Shown: piece by piece, positions 1 to 10,028 of the stretch
Layout of the letters: each line of letters begins with the position of its first letter
Position numbering within the stretch: the first letter of the stretch is position 1
Assembly (NCBI GenBank): GCA_965203905.1
Contig: CBDBDQ010000005.1
Span: forward strand, 2,432,001-2,496,000
Reading direction: 5' to 3'
DNA from: Spirochaetia bacterium
GTDB lineage: Bacteria > Spirochaetota > Spirochaetia > SZUA-6 > Bin103
DNA: 64,000 nt
Position numbers and translations under genes: made by a program
Notes under the pieces: generated by a model
Database searches by the model: none
Told to the model about the DNA's origin: nothing
Seen by the model: the letters and a program-made list of their open reading frames with translations, nothing else

Positions 1-1036
1 ATACACGGCCTTATCGTATTCGGCGGGAGCGGAAACCGTGAGCGCGACCAGATAGATCAAGTCGCGTGGGATCTTATCAATACGCGAGAGTTCCAGCGTC
101 TACGACGTATTCGACAACTCGGATTCTCTGAGTTGGTGTTTCCCGGAGCAACGCACAGCCGCTTTGCCCGCAGTGTTGGCGTGTATCACATCGCGCGTCG
201 TCTTGCTGACATCGTCGCACAGCAACAGAGCAACTATGATATGGACCGCGAACGTGTCGCACTTCTGTCCGCTCTCCTGCACGATGTCGGTCACGGACCG
301 TTCAGCCATGCATTCGAACTTGTGAGTACAAATGGTCCAAAAAGAACACATGAAGACTGGAGCGTTGAGATCATCCGCGATGACGCTACCGAAGTTAATG
401 GACTGTTGCGGCAGGTAGACGAAGGATTACCCGAGCAGATTGGTGCGCTTCTGAAGGAAGAAGAACCCAAGGACATCTACGCCACCATCGTTTCCAGCCA
501 ATTCGACGCCGACCGGCTCGACTACATCCGACAACGTACTGGCGAGTCGCGATCCGGTTCTGCGTTTCCTGGCAGCAGAAGCCCCGACCATCGGTTCCTA
601 TCTTGATCTCGATGATACGGTTATCTGGTCCGCATTGCTGCACTATGAGAACCATTCGGATCCGCGCCTGGCACAACTCGCGGGACGCCTGAGAAATCGG
701 AGACTCTATAAGTGCGTTGACATCGGTGTTCGGGATGAGCCAGGAGGCAATTTGTATCTTCGTTTACGGCGTGAGTTAGATGAGCGTTCAATCGAATGGC
801 GTGAAGATCTGATCTTTGACGAGCCATCAGTGACGCCATACAAGTGGTACAATTTCGAAGATGCTTCAGCGTTAAACAAGGTGCTGGTCAAGACAGATAC
901 AAATGAACCCAAGGACATCGCCAGCATGTCGCGTATCGTCGAGACACTCCAGAGCGAAGAGCGAATCCAGCGCGTATACGCTCCGGATTCGGAAAAGGCT
1001 GAAGAGATTCTCAAGATAGTGGAGGAATTGGTGTGA
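1..1036 (+). pseudogene. HD-domain dNTP triphosphohydrolase (SAMHD1/YwfO-like), 5' end outside window, disrupted by internal deletion plus frameshift near 527-530
   Basis: Frame 1 from base 1 reads IHGLI..FQRLRRIRQLG..VFPGATHSRFARSVG..ALLHDVGHGPFSH..FDADRLDYI. The family C-terminal part (DPVLRFL..YLDLDDTVIW..RLRNRRLYK) continues in frame 2 from about 530 to TGA 1036. The intervening conserved block is absent. Confidence 0.8.
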
Positions 1037-1566
1037 TGAAGGCAAGAGAGATCGTAGTCAATCTGATTGCACTGTACGGGGGAGAGCTTGTCGGTCGGAC
1101 GCGGTTGCAGAAGCAAGCCTATCTTCTTCATCGCTGTGGGGGTGAATTCCAACTGGACTTCGTCTATCACCATTACGGCCCATACTCGTTCGATCTTGCC
1201 GACGGTTTGACCGATGCGCGTGCGGAGGGCCAGATCGAAATAGAGGAAAGGCCCGGACGGTACGGCATCCGATATGCGATATTCAGGCTTAGCGAAGATA
1301 TACGGCAGCCGCACGGGATTGGGAAACTTACCGCAAGTGGTGCCCTTCGGTTACTTGAGATCATGAAAGACGAGGTTTCAGACATCGTCCTTGAGATAGC
1401 TGCTACCATCGTTTTCTTACGTGATGAAGGAGGCTACGGGGATCAAGCTGTTGTGGAGACCAAGGTCCGCAAACCTCTCAAAGCAACGGCACAACGCGTC
1501 AGACACGCACTCGCATTGCTACACAAACTCGACTTGGATACGAAGCAGCTTCCTGGAGCAACCTGA
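1036..1566 (+). CDS. YwgA-like / Panacea-like winged-helix protein, partner of the HD hydrolase
   Basis: GRTRLQKQAYLL..F.YHHYGPYSFDL motif; ATG 1036 overlaps the upstream stop (TGATG). Confidence 0.75.
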   Translation: MKAREIVVNLIALYGGELVGRTRLQKQAYLLHRCGGEFQLDFVYHHYGPYSFDLADGLTDARAEGQIEIEERPGRYGIRYAIFRLSEDIRQPHGIGKLTASGALRLLEIMKDEVSDIVLEIAATIVFLRDEGGYGDQAVVETKVRKPLKATAQRVRHALALLHKLDLDTKQLPGAT

Positions 1567-1582
1567 GATGGGCGGCGGATCG

Positions 1583-2140
1583 ATGGACTTGGTGCAGACA
1601 GTCGAAGAGTTCCGCCGGGACGGTTTCGTCAGGATTCCCGGGCTGCTGTCGGAGGCCGAGTTGCGCGCACTCCGGCACGACACGCAGCGCATCATCGACG
1701 GCGGCTACGAGGAGGTGGCGAACCGGTCCGACTACCGGACCGCGCCCGATCCCGGTAGCGGGGAGGAGGTCTTCAACCGGGTGCAGTTCGTGTTTCCGCT
1801 GGCCGCCATCGAGCCCAACCCGCTGCTCGCGCTGCTCGGCCATCCTCGGGTGCAGGCGCTGGCGCACGCGCTGCTGGGCGATGACGCGCTGTGCAACGCG
1901 GAGGCGCTGGTGTTCAAGCTGCCGGGCAACGGCTCCGAGGTGCCGGTCCACGCCGACTGCGACCCCGCCGACCGGCGCACCTCCGACGCCCACCTGGGAT
2001 TCAACGTCGACTTCTACCTCGACGACGCGACCCTGGAGAACGGCTGCCTGCTGGCCGCTGCGGGCAGCCACCGGGCGCGCCACTCCCGGGAGAACCCCGT
2101 GATGCTCAGAACCAAGTTGACCGCGTCGCCGAACTGGTAG
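1583..2140 (+). pseudogene. Phytanoyl-CoA dioxygenase (PhyH) family protein, C-terminally truncated
   Basis: EEFRRDGFV, HAD (HxD), YLDDATLENGCL..GSH are present; similarity ends right after GSH and the distal Fe-binding His region is missing. Confidence 0.65.
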
Positions 2141-2253
2141 CGCCCGCGACGGCCTTGACCGCAGTGGGGGGCGGCAGGATACTCCCGGCAGCAACCGGCG
2201 CGGTGGCCCACCGCCACGGCGCCAGGACGATGAAGAAAACGAGGTAATTCGAA

Positions 2254-3141
2254 ATGGCGGACAAGAAAATCGGATGGGTCGGTACCGGGGTGATGGGGCG
2301 CTCCATGTGTCTGCACCTGATCGAAGCGGGCTACGAGACGGCGGTGTACACCCGCTCGCGGGAGCGCGCCGCCGACCTGGAGGCGGCCGGCGCCGCATGG
2401 TGCGACGGACCGGGTGCGGTCGCCGCGTGCTCCGACGTGGTGTTCGCGATCGTCGGCTACCCCAGCGACGTGGAGCAGGTTTTTCTGGGTGAGGGCGGCA
2501 TCGTGGCCAACGCCGCGCCGGGGGCGCTGCTGATCGACATGACCACCTCCGAGCCGTCGCTGGCGAAGCGCATTGCGGCGGCGGCCTCCGAGCGCGGCTG
2601 TGCCGCCCTGGATGCGCCGGTCTCCGGCGGCGACGTCGGCGCGCGCGGGGGAACCCTGGCGATCATGGTGGGTGGCGAGCAGGCAGATTTCGACCGCGCC
2701 AAGCCGCTGTTCGAGATCATGGGCGAGAACATCGCCCTGATGGGCCCCGCCGGCTCGGGCCAGCACACCAAGATGAGCAACCAGATCCTGATCGCCTCCA
2801 CCATGATCGGGGTGGTCGAGTCGCTGCTGTACGGCCAGCAGGCGGGGCTCGACCAGGACGCCATCATCGACGTGATCGGCAAGGGCGCCGCGGCCTGCTG
2901 GTCGATCAACAACCTGGGCCGGCGCATCGTGCAGGGCAACTTCGATCCCGGCTTCTTCATCAAGCACTTCGTCAAGGACATGGGCATCGCGCTGGCCGAG
3001 GCGCGGGCCATGAACCTGGCGCTGCCCGGACTGGCGCTGGCGAACCAGTTCTACCTCGCCGCCACCGCCGACGGCCTGGAAGACCTGGGCACCCACGGCC
3101 TCTACAAGGTGCTGGCGCGCATGAACGGCGCCGCGGACTAG
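2254..3141 (+). CDS. NAD(P)-dependent beta-hydroxyacid dehydrogenase (3-hydroxyisobutyrate dehydrogenase/GarR family)
   Basis: IGWVGTGVMG Rossmann motif, DAPVSGG, GSGQHTKMSNQ, F.PGFFIKHFVKD. Confidence 0.92.
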   Translation: MADKKIGWVGTGVMGRSMCLHLIEAGYETAVYTRSRERAADLEAAGAAWCDGPGAVAACSDVVFAIVGYPSDVEQVFLGEGGIVANAAPGALLIDMTTSEPSLAKRIAAAASERGCAALDAPVSGGDVGARGGTLAIMVGGEQADFDRAKPLFEIMGENIALMGPAGSGQHTKMSNQILIASTMIGVVESLLYGQQAGLDQDAIIDVIGKGAAACWSINNLGRRIVQGNFDPGFFIKHFVKDMGIALAEARAMNLALPGLALANQFYLAATADGLEDLGTHGLYKVLARMNGAAD

Positions 3142-3165
3142 GGCCGAGCGCGCTCGGAGGGGGCG

Positions 3166-4212
3166 GTGCGGGTCGAGGCGAACGCCCCTCTGGCCGCCCG
3201 CAACACGCTGCGGGTGGCGGCCACGGCGCGCTACCTGGTGCGCGTCGCCGGCACCGCATCCGCGGCCGTGGCGCGGGAGCTGGAAAAACTGCTCGCCGAG
3301 CCGCGCTTCCGCGGCCTGCCGCGCCTGGTGCTGGGCGGCGGCAGCAACGTCCTGTTCGCCGCCGACTTCCCCGGCGTCGTGATCGTGCCGCAGGCCGCTG
3401 GCGTCGAGATCGACGAGACTGCCGAGTCCGTGATCGTGAGCGCGGCCGCCGGACACGACTGGCACCGGCTGGTGGAGTTCACGGCTGCGCGCGGCTGGGG
3501 CGGTCTCGAGAACCTGAGCCTGATTCCCGGTGCGGTGGGCGCCGCGCCGATCCAGAACATCGGCGCCTACGGGGCGCAGCTCTCCGACGTGTTCGTCGAC
3601 CTGGAGGCGGTACCGCTGGACGGCGGTGAACCGCGTACCATGGACGCCGAAGCATGCGCGTTCGGCTACCGGGACAGCGTGTTCAAGAAAGCCCTGCGCG
3701 ACAAGATGCTGATAACCCGGGTGCGGCTGCACCTGCACAAGAGGCCGCGGCTGAACCTCGAATACGCCGGCGTGCGCGGGGAGCTTGCCAGCATGGCGGT
3801 GACCGAGCCGACGGTGGCCGACGTGAGCCGGGCGATCATCCGCCTGCGCCGCCGCAAGCTGCCCGATCCGGATTCACTCCCCAATGCCGGTTCCTTCTTC
3901 AAGAACCCGGTGCTCGCTCCCGACCACTACGCTCAGGTACGGGAGCGCTTCCCGCACCTCGCCGGAGTGGCGGTGGAGGGTGGCCACAAGGTCCCGGCGG
4001 CGCAGTTGATCGAGGCCTGCGGGCTGCGCGGCCGCCGCTTCGGGCGCGCCGGCGTGGCCGAACGCCACGCCCTGGTGCTGGTCAACCACGGCGGCGCCAG
4101 CGGCGCCGAGCTGCTCGCCGCCGCGGACGCGGTGGAGGAGGCGGTGTTGGAGCGTTTCGGCGTCCGCCTGGAGCGCGAAGTGCGCGTAGTCGGCGCCGAG
4201 GAGGAAGCCTGA
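3166..4212 (+). CDS. murB: UDP-N-acetylmuramate dehydrogenase
   Basis: LGGGSNVLF, GLENLSLIPGAVGAAPIQNIGAYG, FGYRDSVFK, PNAGSFFKNP, HALVLVN, LEREV. Confidence 0.96.
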   Translation: MRVEANAPLAARNTLRVAATARYLVRVAGTASAAVARELEKLLAEPRFRGLPRLVLGGGSNVLFAADFPGVVIVPQAAGVEIDETAESVIVSAAAGHDWHRLVEFTAARGWGGLENLSLIPGAVGAAPIQNIGAYGAQLSDVFVDLEAVPLDGGEPRTMDAEACAFGYRDSVFKKALRDKMLITRVRLHLHKRPRLNLEYAGVRGELASMAVTEPTVADVSRAIIRLRRRKLPDPDSLPNAGSFFKNPVLAPDHYAQVRERFPHLAGVAVEGGHKVPAAQLIEACGLRGRRFGRAGVAERHALVLVNHGGASGAELLAAADAVEEAVLERFGVRLEREVRVVGAEEEA

Positions 4213-4325
4213 TGGAACAGCAACCAACCTCTCCGGAGGGCTCTCGGCGTCACCCTCCAAACCGCGCCTGAACGACGTTTACGAATGGTGGCGGCAGGTG
4301 CCGTGGATTCCTCTTCAGGTCTGTG

Positions 4326-5741
4326 CTATCCGGCCATTACGAGCGGCAGGATGGTCATCATCGGCAGCGTGGTCGCCGCCAGTGCTGCCGGCGAACCCGC
4401 GTCGTGGTACCGCAATGGCTGCCGTGTCGTGGCGAAGCGGGAGGCCAGGTACTGGAGCAGCAGTCCGAGGCCGATGCCGTAGAGCACGTGCCCGATCAGG
4501 GAGGCATAGTTGGCCGTGGCCGCCGCCAACGACCAGTCGACCGGCTGCCGCAGCAGTGCCGGGAACAGGGTCAGAGCGCCGAGCACCCACCACAGCACTC
4601 CATACACCACTCCCCAGCTCATGCCGGCACCGGGGCTGTGTGCCTCACGCTGAAACAGCAGACCGAAGCTGCTGCCGATGAGGATCGAAATGACGAAATG
4701 CACCAGTACGCCGACCACGGGCGAGCGCGAGCCGACGAGGCTGGCGACCATGGGCAGGGCACCGACGCCGTACATGACGAAGGTGAAGAGTACGCCCCCC
4801 AGAATGCCGCCTGCCTGACCGATCAGGACCCCGCGGACGCTGCGTGCGCCGGCGCCTTCGTGGGTGCGATGGAGCGGATCGGAGTCCACGAACAGGATCA
4901 TCCATAGGCGATTCACGACGCCGTAGACCAGGCCGACGACCGCCCCGTAGAGCAGGTGCGCCACCAGCGAAGGAAAGCTCGCGCGGGCCGCCTCCAGCGT
5001 CCATTGAATCGGGCTGTGCATCAGGAGCGGCAGCAGCGTCAGCGGGCCGAGAATCCACCACGACATGCCGTAGCTCATTCCCAGGATCACCGCCGAGCCG
5101 GCACCGCGCACGTCGCGGTGGAACAGAAGCGCGAAGGTCACGGCAATGACCAGACCGATCAGGTAGTGCAACGTGCCGCCCGCCATGGGCGCGCGCATGC
5201 CGACAATGCCGGCGACCAGGGGAAAGAAGTCAGCCGACTCGATACCCCACAGGAACGCCCAGGCACCGATCAGTCCGCCCAGTCCGCCGACCACCAGCGC
5301 CTGTACCGGCGGCGGCACCAGATCGGGAACCCGCGGTTGTGCCGGCGACCGGTTGGCGGTCGCGGGGATGAACGGGAGCAGGCGGCCGATACCGTACATC
5401 CCCAAACCCAGCACCGCACCGAATCCGAACACCTGCACGAGAAGTTGCGAGGAACCGGCGTGGATGGCCGCCACGCTCCACCGCAGGCCGCGCCCATCCA
5501 CGAGCGGCAGCAGCGTCAGCGAACCCAGCATCCACCACAGGACGCCGTACGCCTGGCCCCACAGCAGGCCCGTGCCGGCGGTGCGCACCCGCACACCGAA
5601 CCCGAGTCCGAAGAGCAGGCCCAGGACGCCGCTCACCACCAGGTGGAACAGCCAGCCCTGCGGCGGCGTTGCCAGCAGCCCCGCGACCACTCCGCCGATC
5701 ACCCCGGCGATCACCCCGGCCAGCACCCGGTTGCGCGTCAT
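4326..5741 (-). CDS. Polytopic membrane protein made of three tandem His-containing membrane repeats
   Basis: ATG 5741 overlaps the upstream stop (ATGA); three repeats of H....G..YG..WW.LG.LTL.P....W......L..H.LYG. Confidence 0.8.
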   Translation of the reverse strand: MTRNRVLAGVIAGVIGGVVAGLLATPPQGWLFHLVVSGVLGLLFGLGFGVRVRTAGTGLLWGQAYGVLWWMLGSLTLLPLVDGRGLRWSVAAIHAGSSQLLVQVFGFGAVLGLGMYGIGRLLPFIPATANRSPAQPRVPDLVPPPVQALVVGGLGGLIGAWAFLWGIESADFFPLVAGIVGMRAPMAGGTLHYLIGLVIAVTFALLFHRDVRGAGSAVILGMSYGMSWWILGPLTLLPLLMHSPIQWTLEAARASFPSLVAHLLYGAVVGLVYGVVNRLWMILFVDSDPLHRTHEGAGARSVRGVLIGQAGGILGGVLFTFVMYGVGALPMVASLVGSRSPVVGVLVHFVISILIGSSFGLLFQREAHSPGAGMSWGVVYGVLWWVLGALTLFPALLRQPVDWSLAAATANYASLIGHVLYGIGLGLLLQYLASRFATTRQPLRYHDAGSPAALAATTLPMMTILPLVMAG

Positions 5742-7480
5742 GACTCCCCACCCTGGTCCGGCTCCTGGTCGAAGCTCATCGTTTGCACGATGTCCGGCGG
5801 GAAGAACACGTCCAGCACCCAGTCCAGCAGGACTCGTACTCGTTTTTCCAGGTTGGGGAGCTTCGACAGGTAGATGCCGCGCCACATGATCCACGCGAGA
5901 AAGCCTGAGAAGCGGTGCCCGAACACTTCAGCCACCGCCAACTGGTACCCCAGCGCGGCCAGGCTGCCCAGGGTCTTGAAGTCGAACGGTTGCAGTGGCT
6001 GACCGCGGATCGCGGCGGCAACGTTGCGCCCCAGGAGTTTCCCCTCGCGCGCGGCGTGCTGCGCGGTCGGTGGGTAGTAGGCCCCCTCGTTGTTGGGAAT
6101 GGGGATTTGGGCGCAGTCGCCCGCCGCCCACAAGGCGGGCCTCTCGGTCGATCGCAGCTCCGACGACACCGGGATCTGGCCGCGCCGGGTCAGCTCGACC
6201 CCGAGCTTGCTCACGACCGGCCCCGGCTTGTTGCCCGCGGTCCACACCACGGTGTCGGCGGCAAGTTCCTGGTCGCCAATGCGGATCGCGCCCGGCCTGG
6301 CGCCGGTGACCCGCTTGTTGGGGATGAACTGGACGCCGCGCGCGGCCATCTTCTCCTGTGCGAACCGCCCGAGCGGCTGGCTCAACTCGGGCAGGATCAC
6401 CTCGCCGGGATGCACCAGGACGAACCGCAGGTCGTCCGGCCCCACGTTGGGATAGTACGGCAACATGCCGCGGCCGAAGTCGTTGAGACCGCCGATCAAC
6501 TCCACGCCGGCGAAACCGCCGCCGACCACCACGAACGTCAGCCGTTGGCGTTTCCTCTCCGCCTCCTGCTCGAAGTCGGCCCGCTCGAACATGTCGATGA
6601 CCTGGTTGCGCAGCCGGATGCTGTCCTGCAACGACTTGAAGGTCAGGGTGTGGGCCGCGAGCTCTTTGTTGCCGAAGAAGTTCGGGGTGCACCCGCTGGT
6701 GATCAGCAGGTGGTCGAACGGCAGGCTGCGGTGGGGCGAGCGCGCGTCGGGACTCAGATCGACCCGACCGCGCCCCCAATCGACGCTCTCGACCTCGCCC
6801 TGCACCACGTGCACCCGTTGAAAGAACGCGCGCAGGGGCGGACTGATGTGCTGCGGATTGACCGCGCTCGCCGACACCTCGGACAACATCGGCGTATGCA
6901 CCAGATAGTTGGTCTTGCTCACCAGCCACACGTCCACGCTCGGATCGTCGGCGAATGCCTTGTCGAGCGAGGCGGCGGAGCTGGCCCCGGCGTAGCCGCC
7001 ACCGACGATCACCACGTTCGTCCTGGTCGTGGATTCGGGTGCGAGCGTTGCGGCGGCCGGCGCCAGACCCAGGCGCTGGTACACCAGGCCATAGAGGAAA
7101 CCGGTCAGACTGCCGTGCAGCACGTAGGCGACGAGTTGCGGGACGATGCTCGCCGCAGTGTCCACGTGCCACATCGGAGCGTCCGCCTCGAGGAGGGGGA
7201 ACAGGTTGAGGGCCAGGATCACCCACGCCACCGCGCCCAGCACCACGCCGCCCATCACGTTCGCCGCGTGACCGCCGGGCGCCGGACGGAACAGCAGCGC
7301 GTAGCCACCGCCCAGCAATCCTCCCGCCACCAGCAGGCGTACCGCCCCGCCCAAATCGGCCAGGGTGATCCCGCCGGCCGGCGTGGTGGGACCGAGCGTC
7401 ACCGGAATCAGCTCCACCAGAGCAACGAACAGACCGATCAGCAGGCCGGTGACCAAACGGCGCGTCATCAGTGGATCCAT
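5738..7480 (-). CDS. NDH-2-type FAD-dependent oxidoreductase with N-terminal membrane domain
   Basis: VVIVGGGYAG and FVVVGGGFAGVEL dinucleotide motifs, WTAG, WAAGDCA, PPTAQHA, F.G..AW..WRG.YL.KLP; G-rich RBS before ATG 7480. The ORF-track extension to 9346 is shadow sequence. Confidence 0.9.
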   Translation of the reverse strand: MDPLMTRRLVTGLLIGLFVALVELIPVTLGPTTPAGGITLADLGGAVRLLVAGGLLGGGYALLFRPAPGGHAANVMGGVVLGAVAWVILALNLFPLLEADAPMWHVDTAASIVPQLVAYVLHGSLTGFLYGLVYQRLGLAPAAATLAPESTTRTNVVIVGGGYAGASSAASLDKAFADDPSVDVWLVSKTNYLVHTPMLSEVSASAVNPQHISPPLRAFFQRVHVVQGEVESVDWGRGRVDLSPDARSPHRSLPFDHLLITSGCTPNFFGNKELAAHTLTFKSLQDSIRLRNQVIDMFERADFEQEAERKRQRLTFVVVGGGFAGVELIGGLNDFGRGMLPYYPNVGPDDLRFVLVHPGEVILPELSQPLGRFAQEKMAARGVQFIPNKRVTGARPGAIRIGDQELAADTVVWTAGNKPGPVVSKLGVELTRRGQIPVSSELRSTERPALWAAGDCAQIPIPNNEGAYYPPTAQHAAREGKLLGRNVAAAIRGQPLQPFDFKTLGSLAALGYQLAVAEVFGHRFSGFLAWIMWRGIYLSKLPNLEKRVRVLLDWVLDVFFPPDIVQTMSFDQEPDQGGES

Positions 7481-7705
7481 GTCAGTCCCCCAGTCTGCCG
7501 GCAGCGCGTCCGTACCTCGCCGGAACGCCGTCCAGGGCGCGATCGGAGTGCGGCGGGTTCCGGCTCGACGAGTATAAACGTATGGGCCCGAAGATCGGAA
7601 ACAGCCGTGGCCCCATGGCACCATGCAGCTCGAGGACCGGGACGCGCCATTCATGAGATTCTGGTACCGGCCGCGAGCTCTCGATCGCGATGAGGAGGCA
7701 GGTTG

Positions 7706-8965
7706 ATGGAACAGGAATTGCCGCGTCTGGCACGTTTTCGGCGTCCCCTGCCGAGCGCCGCCCTGGCCGATGTGGGAGCGGCCGTGCAGCAGGCGCTGAC
7801 CGACACGTTCAGTTCCGCCGACGTGGCCGGGCGACGCGTCGCGGTCGGCCTGGGCAGCCGCGGTGTGGCCAACTACGCCCTGGTGGCGCGGCGCACCGTC
7901 GACTGGCTGCAACGCCGGGGCGCGCAGCCGTTCATCGTGCCGGCGATGGGCAGCCACGGCGGCGCCACCGCGGCCGGGCAGCGTGAAGTGCTTGCCGGCT
8001 GGGGAATCACGTCCGAATCGATGGGCGTGCCGGTGGACGCCACCATGGCGGCGGTGGAGTTGGGCAGCGTCGGCGACCCGGCGGTACGGGTGTTCATGGA
8101 CCGGAACGCCTGCGCTGCCGACGCCGTGCTGGTGGTCAATCGCGTCAAGCCGCACACCGACTTTCACGGACCGGTGGAGAGCGGCCTGATCAAGATGGCG
8201 GTAATCGGACTCGGCAAGCGCGCCGGCGCGGAGGCGATCCACTTCCACGGCGTGTACGGGCTGGCGCACCTGATCCGGCCGGCGTTCGACGTGGTGCTGG
8301 CCTCGGGCAAGCTGCTCGGTGGCGTGGCGCTGGTGGAGGATGGCCGTGAGCAGACGGCGGCGGTGCGGGCGGCGCGCGCCGCCGACATCCCGGCCCGCGA
8401 GGCGGAGTGCCTGGCACTCGCTCGCCGCAGCATGGCCGCCCTGCCGCTGGAAGAGATCGACGTGTTGGTGCTGGACGCGATCGGCAAGGAGATCAGCGGC
8501 ACCGGCATGGACACCAACGTGGTCGGCCGCATCGGCATCGCCGGCGTCGCCGAGCCGCAGTCGCCGCGGGTGCGCCGCATCGTGGTATTGGGGCTGACCG
8601 AGGCCTCGCACGGCAACGCTCTGGGTATCGGTCTGGCCGACGTGACCACGCGCCGCTTCCAGCAGCAGGTTGACCAGGACGTCACCAACGCCAACGTGCT
8701 CACCAGCACCTTTCTGGAGCGCGGCCGCATGCCGCTGGTGGCTGCGAACGATGTCGAGGCGGTGCGCTGGGCCCTGCACACGTGCGGTGCTGCCGCGCGC
8801 GACGCGGTGGTGGTGCGGATCCGCAACACGCTGGCTCTGGAGACCCTGCTGCTCAGCCGGCCGGCGGCGCAACGCGCCCACGCCGCGCGGGTCCCGCTTA
8901 CCCGGGAGGGCGACTACGAACCGCCCTGCACCGCCGGCGGCCAGATCGTTCCCTGGCGAGAGTGA
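7706..8965 (+). CDS. LarA-superfamily (lactate racemase-like, putative nickel-pincer) protein
   Basis: GSRG, PFIVPAMGSHGGAT, NRVKPHTDF..ESGL.KM..IGLGK, GKEISGTGMDTNVVGR; RBS GAGGAGG. Confidence 0.75.
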   Translation: MEQELPRLARFRRPLPSAALADVGAAVQQALTDTFSSADVAGRRVAVGLGSRGVANYALVARRTVDWLQRRGAQPFIVPAMGSHGGATAAGQREVLAGWGITSESMGVPVDATMAAVELGSVGDPAVRVFMDRNACAADAVLVVNRVKPHTDFHGPVESGLIKMAVIGLGKRAGAEAIHFHGVYGLAHLIRPAFDVVLASGKLLGGVALVEDGREQTAAVRAARAADIPAREAECLALARRSMAALPLEEIDVLVLDAIGKEISGTGMDTNVVGRIGIAGVAEPQSPRVRRIVVLGLTEASHGNALGIGLADVTTRRFQQQVDQDVTNANVLTSTFLERGRMPLVAANDVEAVRWALHTCGAAARDAVVVRIRNTLALETLLLSRPAAQRAHAARVPLTREGDYEPPCTAGGQIVPWRE

Positions 8966-9031
8966 ATTGGGGGTTGCCCATCCTCGGTTATCGAATTCCC
9001 GGTATGCTTGGTAACAACGTGAGGTGGAGCA

Positions 9032-9253
9032 ATGCTTGATTCGCCGGATTCCATGGTGATGAAAATCGGAGAAGCTGCCGGCGAGATCTGGCGCGCCCTC
9101 GACAGCAGTGGCACGGAGCTGGACGTGTCGCAACTCAGGACCCGGACCAGACTGCGTTCCGACCGGCTGCACCAGGGTATCGGCTGGCTGGCGAGAGAGG
9201 ACAAGATCGAGCTGGTGATTGAGGGGAGGATCACGCGGATTTGGCTGAAATGA
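9032..9253 (+). CDS. DUF2582-like small winged-helix protein
   Basis: IGEAAGEIWRAL...GIGWLAREDKI pattern; RBS GAGGTGGAG. Confidence 0.8.
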   Translation: MLDSPDSMVMKIGEAAGEIWRALDSSGTELDVSQLRTRTRLRSDRLHQGIGWLAREDKIELVIEGRITRIWLK

Positions 9254-9293
9254 CGCTGCTGAGCAACCACCTGCCCGCGGCAAGGGGCGGGCC

Positions 9294-10028
9294 ATGAACG
9301 TACTCGTGGTCGATATCGGCGGCTCCAAGGTGAAGATCAGGGTCACCGGTGAGGAGCGGCGACGAGCCGCACCGTCGGGACCGGAGATGACGGCGACCGA
9401 GATGGCCGAGACGGTCGGGAAGCTGGCACTGGGGTGGCACTACGATGTCGTTTCGATCGGTTTTCCGGGGCCGGTGCTGGATGGCAAGGTCCTGAAGGAG
9501 CCGCGGAATCTGGGACCCGGCTGGGTGGGTTTCGACTTCGTGGAGGCGTTCGACCGTCCGGTGAAGGTGATCAACGACGCGGCGATGCAGGCGCTCGGCG
9601 GCTATCGGGGCGGGCGCATGCTGTTCCTGGGGTTGGGCACCGGTCTCGGCTCGGCGATGGTTTCGGGGGGCACGGTGCTGCCGATGGAGTTGGCTCACCT
9701 GCCGTACAAGAAGGAGATGACCTTCGAGGACTACGTCGGCCGGCGCGGTCTGGAGCGGCTGGGCAAGAAGAAGTGGCGCAAGGAGGTGGCCGCCGTGGTG
9801 GCGTGTCTGCGCGCCGCCCTGGTATCCGACTACGTCGTCCTCGGCGGCGGCAACGCCACGCTGCTCAAGGAGCTGCCTCCGGCCACCCTGTTCGGTCCCA
9901 ATACCAACGCGTTCCTCGGAGGTTTCCGGCTATGGGAGTCGGCAACGGCAAGGTCACGCCGTGACGCACCGGCTTTCCCGCCGCCAGCGTCACCGCTGCC
10001 ACCAACGGGTCAAGGAGATACCACATGA
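9294..10028 (+). CDS. ppgK: ROK-family polyphosphate glucokinase-like sugar kinase
   Basis: VDIGGSKVK, INDAAMQA, LGLGTGLGSA, ELAH, LGGGN. Confidence 0.8.
   Translation: MNVLVVDIGGSKVKIRVTGEERRRAAPSGPEMTATEMAETVGKLALGWHYDVVSIGFPGPVLDGKVLKEPRNLGPGWVGFDFVEAFDRPVKVINDAAMQALGGYRGGRMLFLGLGTGLGSAMVSGGTVLPMELAHLPYKKEMTFEDYVGRRGLERLGKKKWRKEVAAVVACLRAALVSDYVVLGGGNATLLKELPPATLFGPNTNAFLGGFRLWESATARSRRDAPAFPPPASPLPPTGQGDTT

Noticed and set aside
7481-9346. 1202-aa giant ORF 5738..9346 (-)
   Set aside because: The portion above 7480 is antisense shadow of the LarA-like and DUF2582 genes; the real start with RBS is at 7480.
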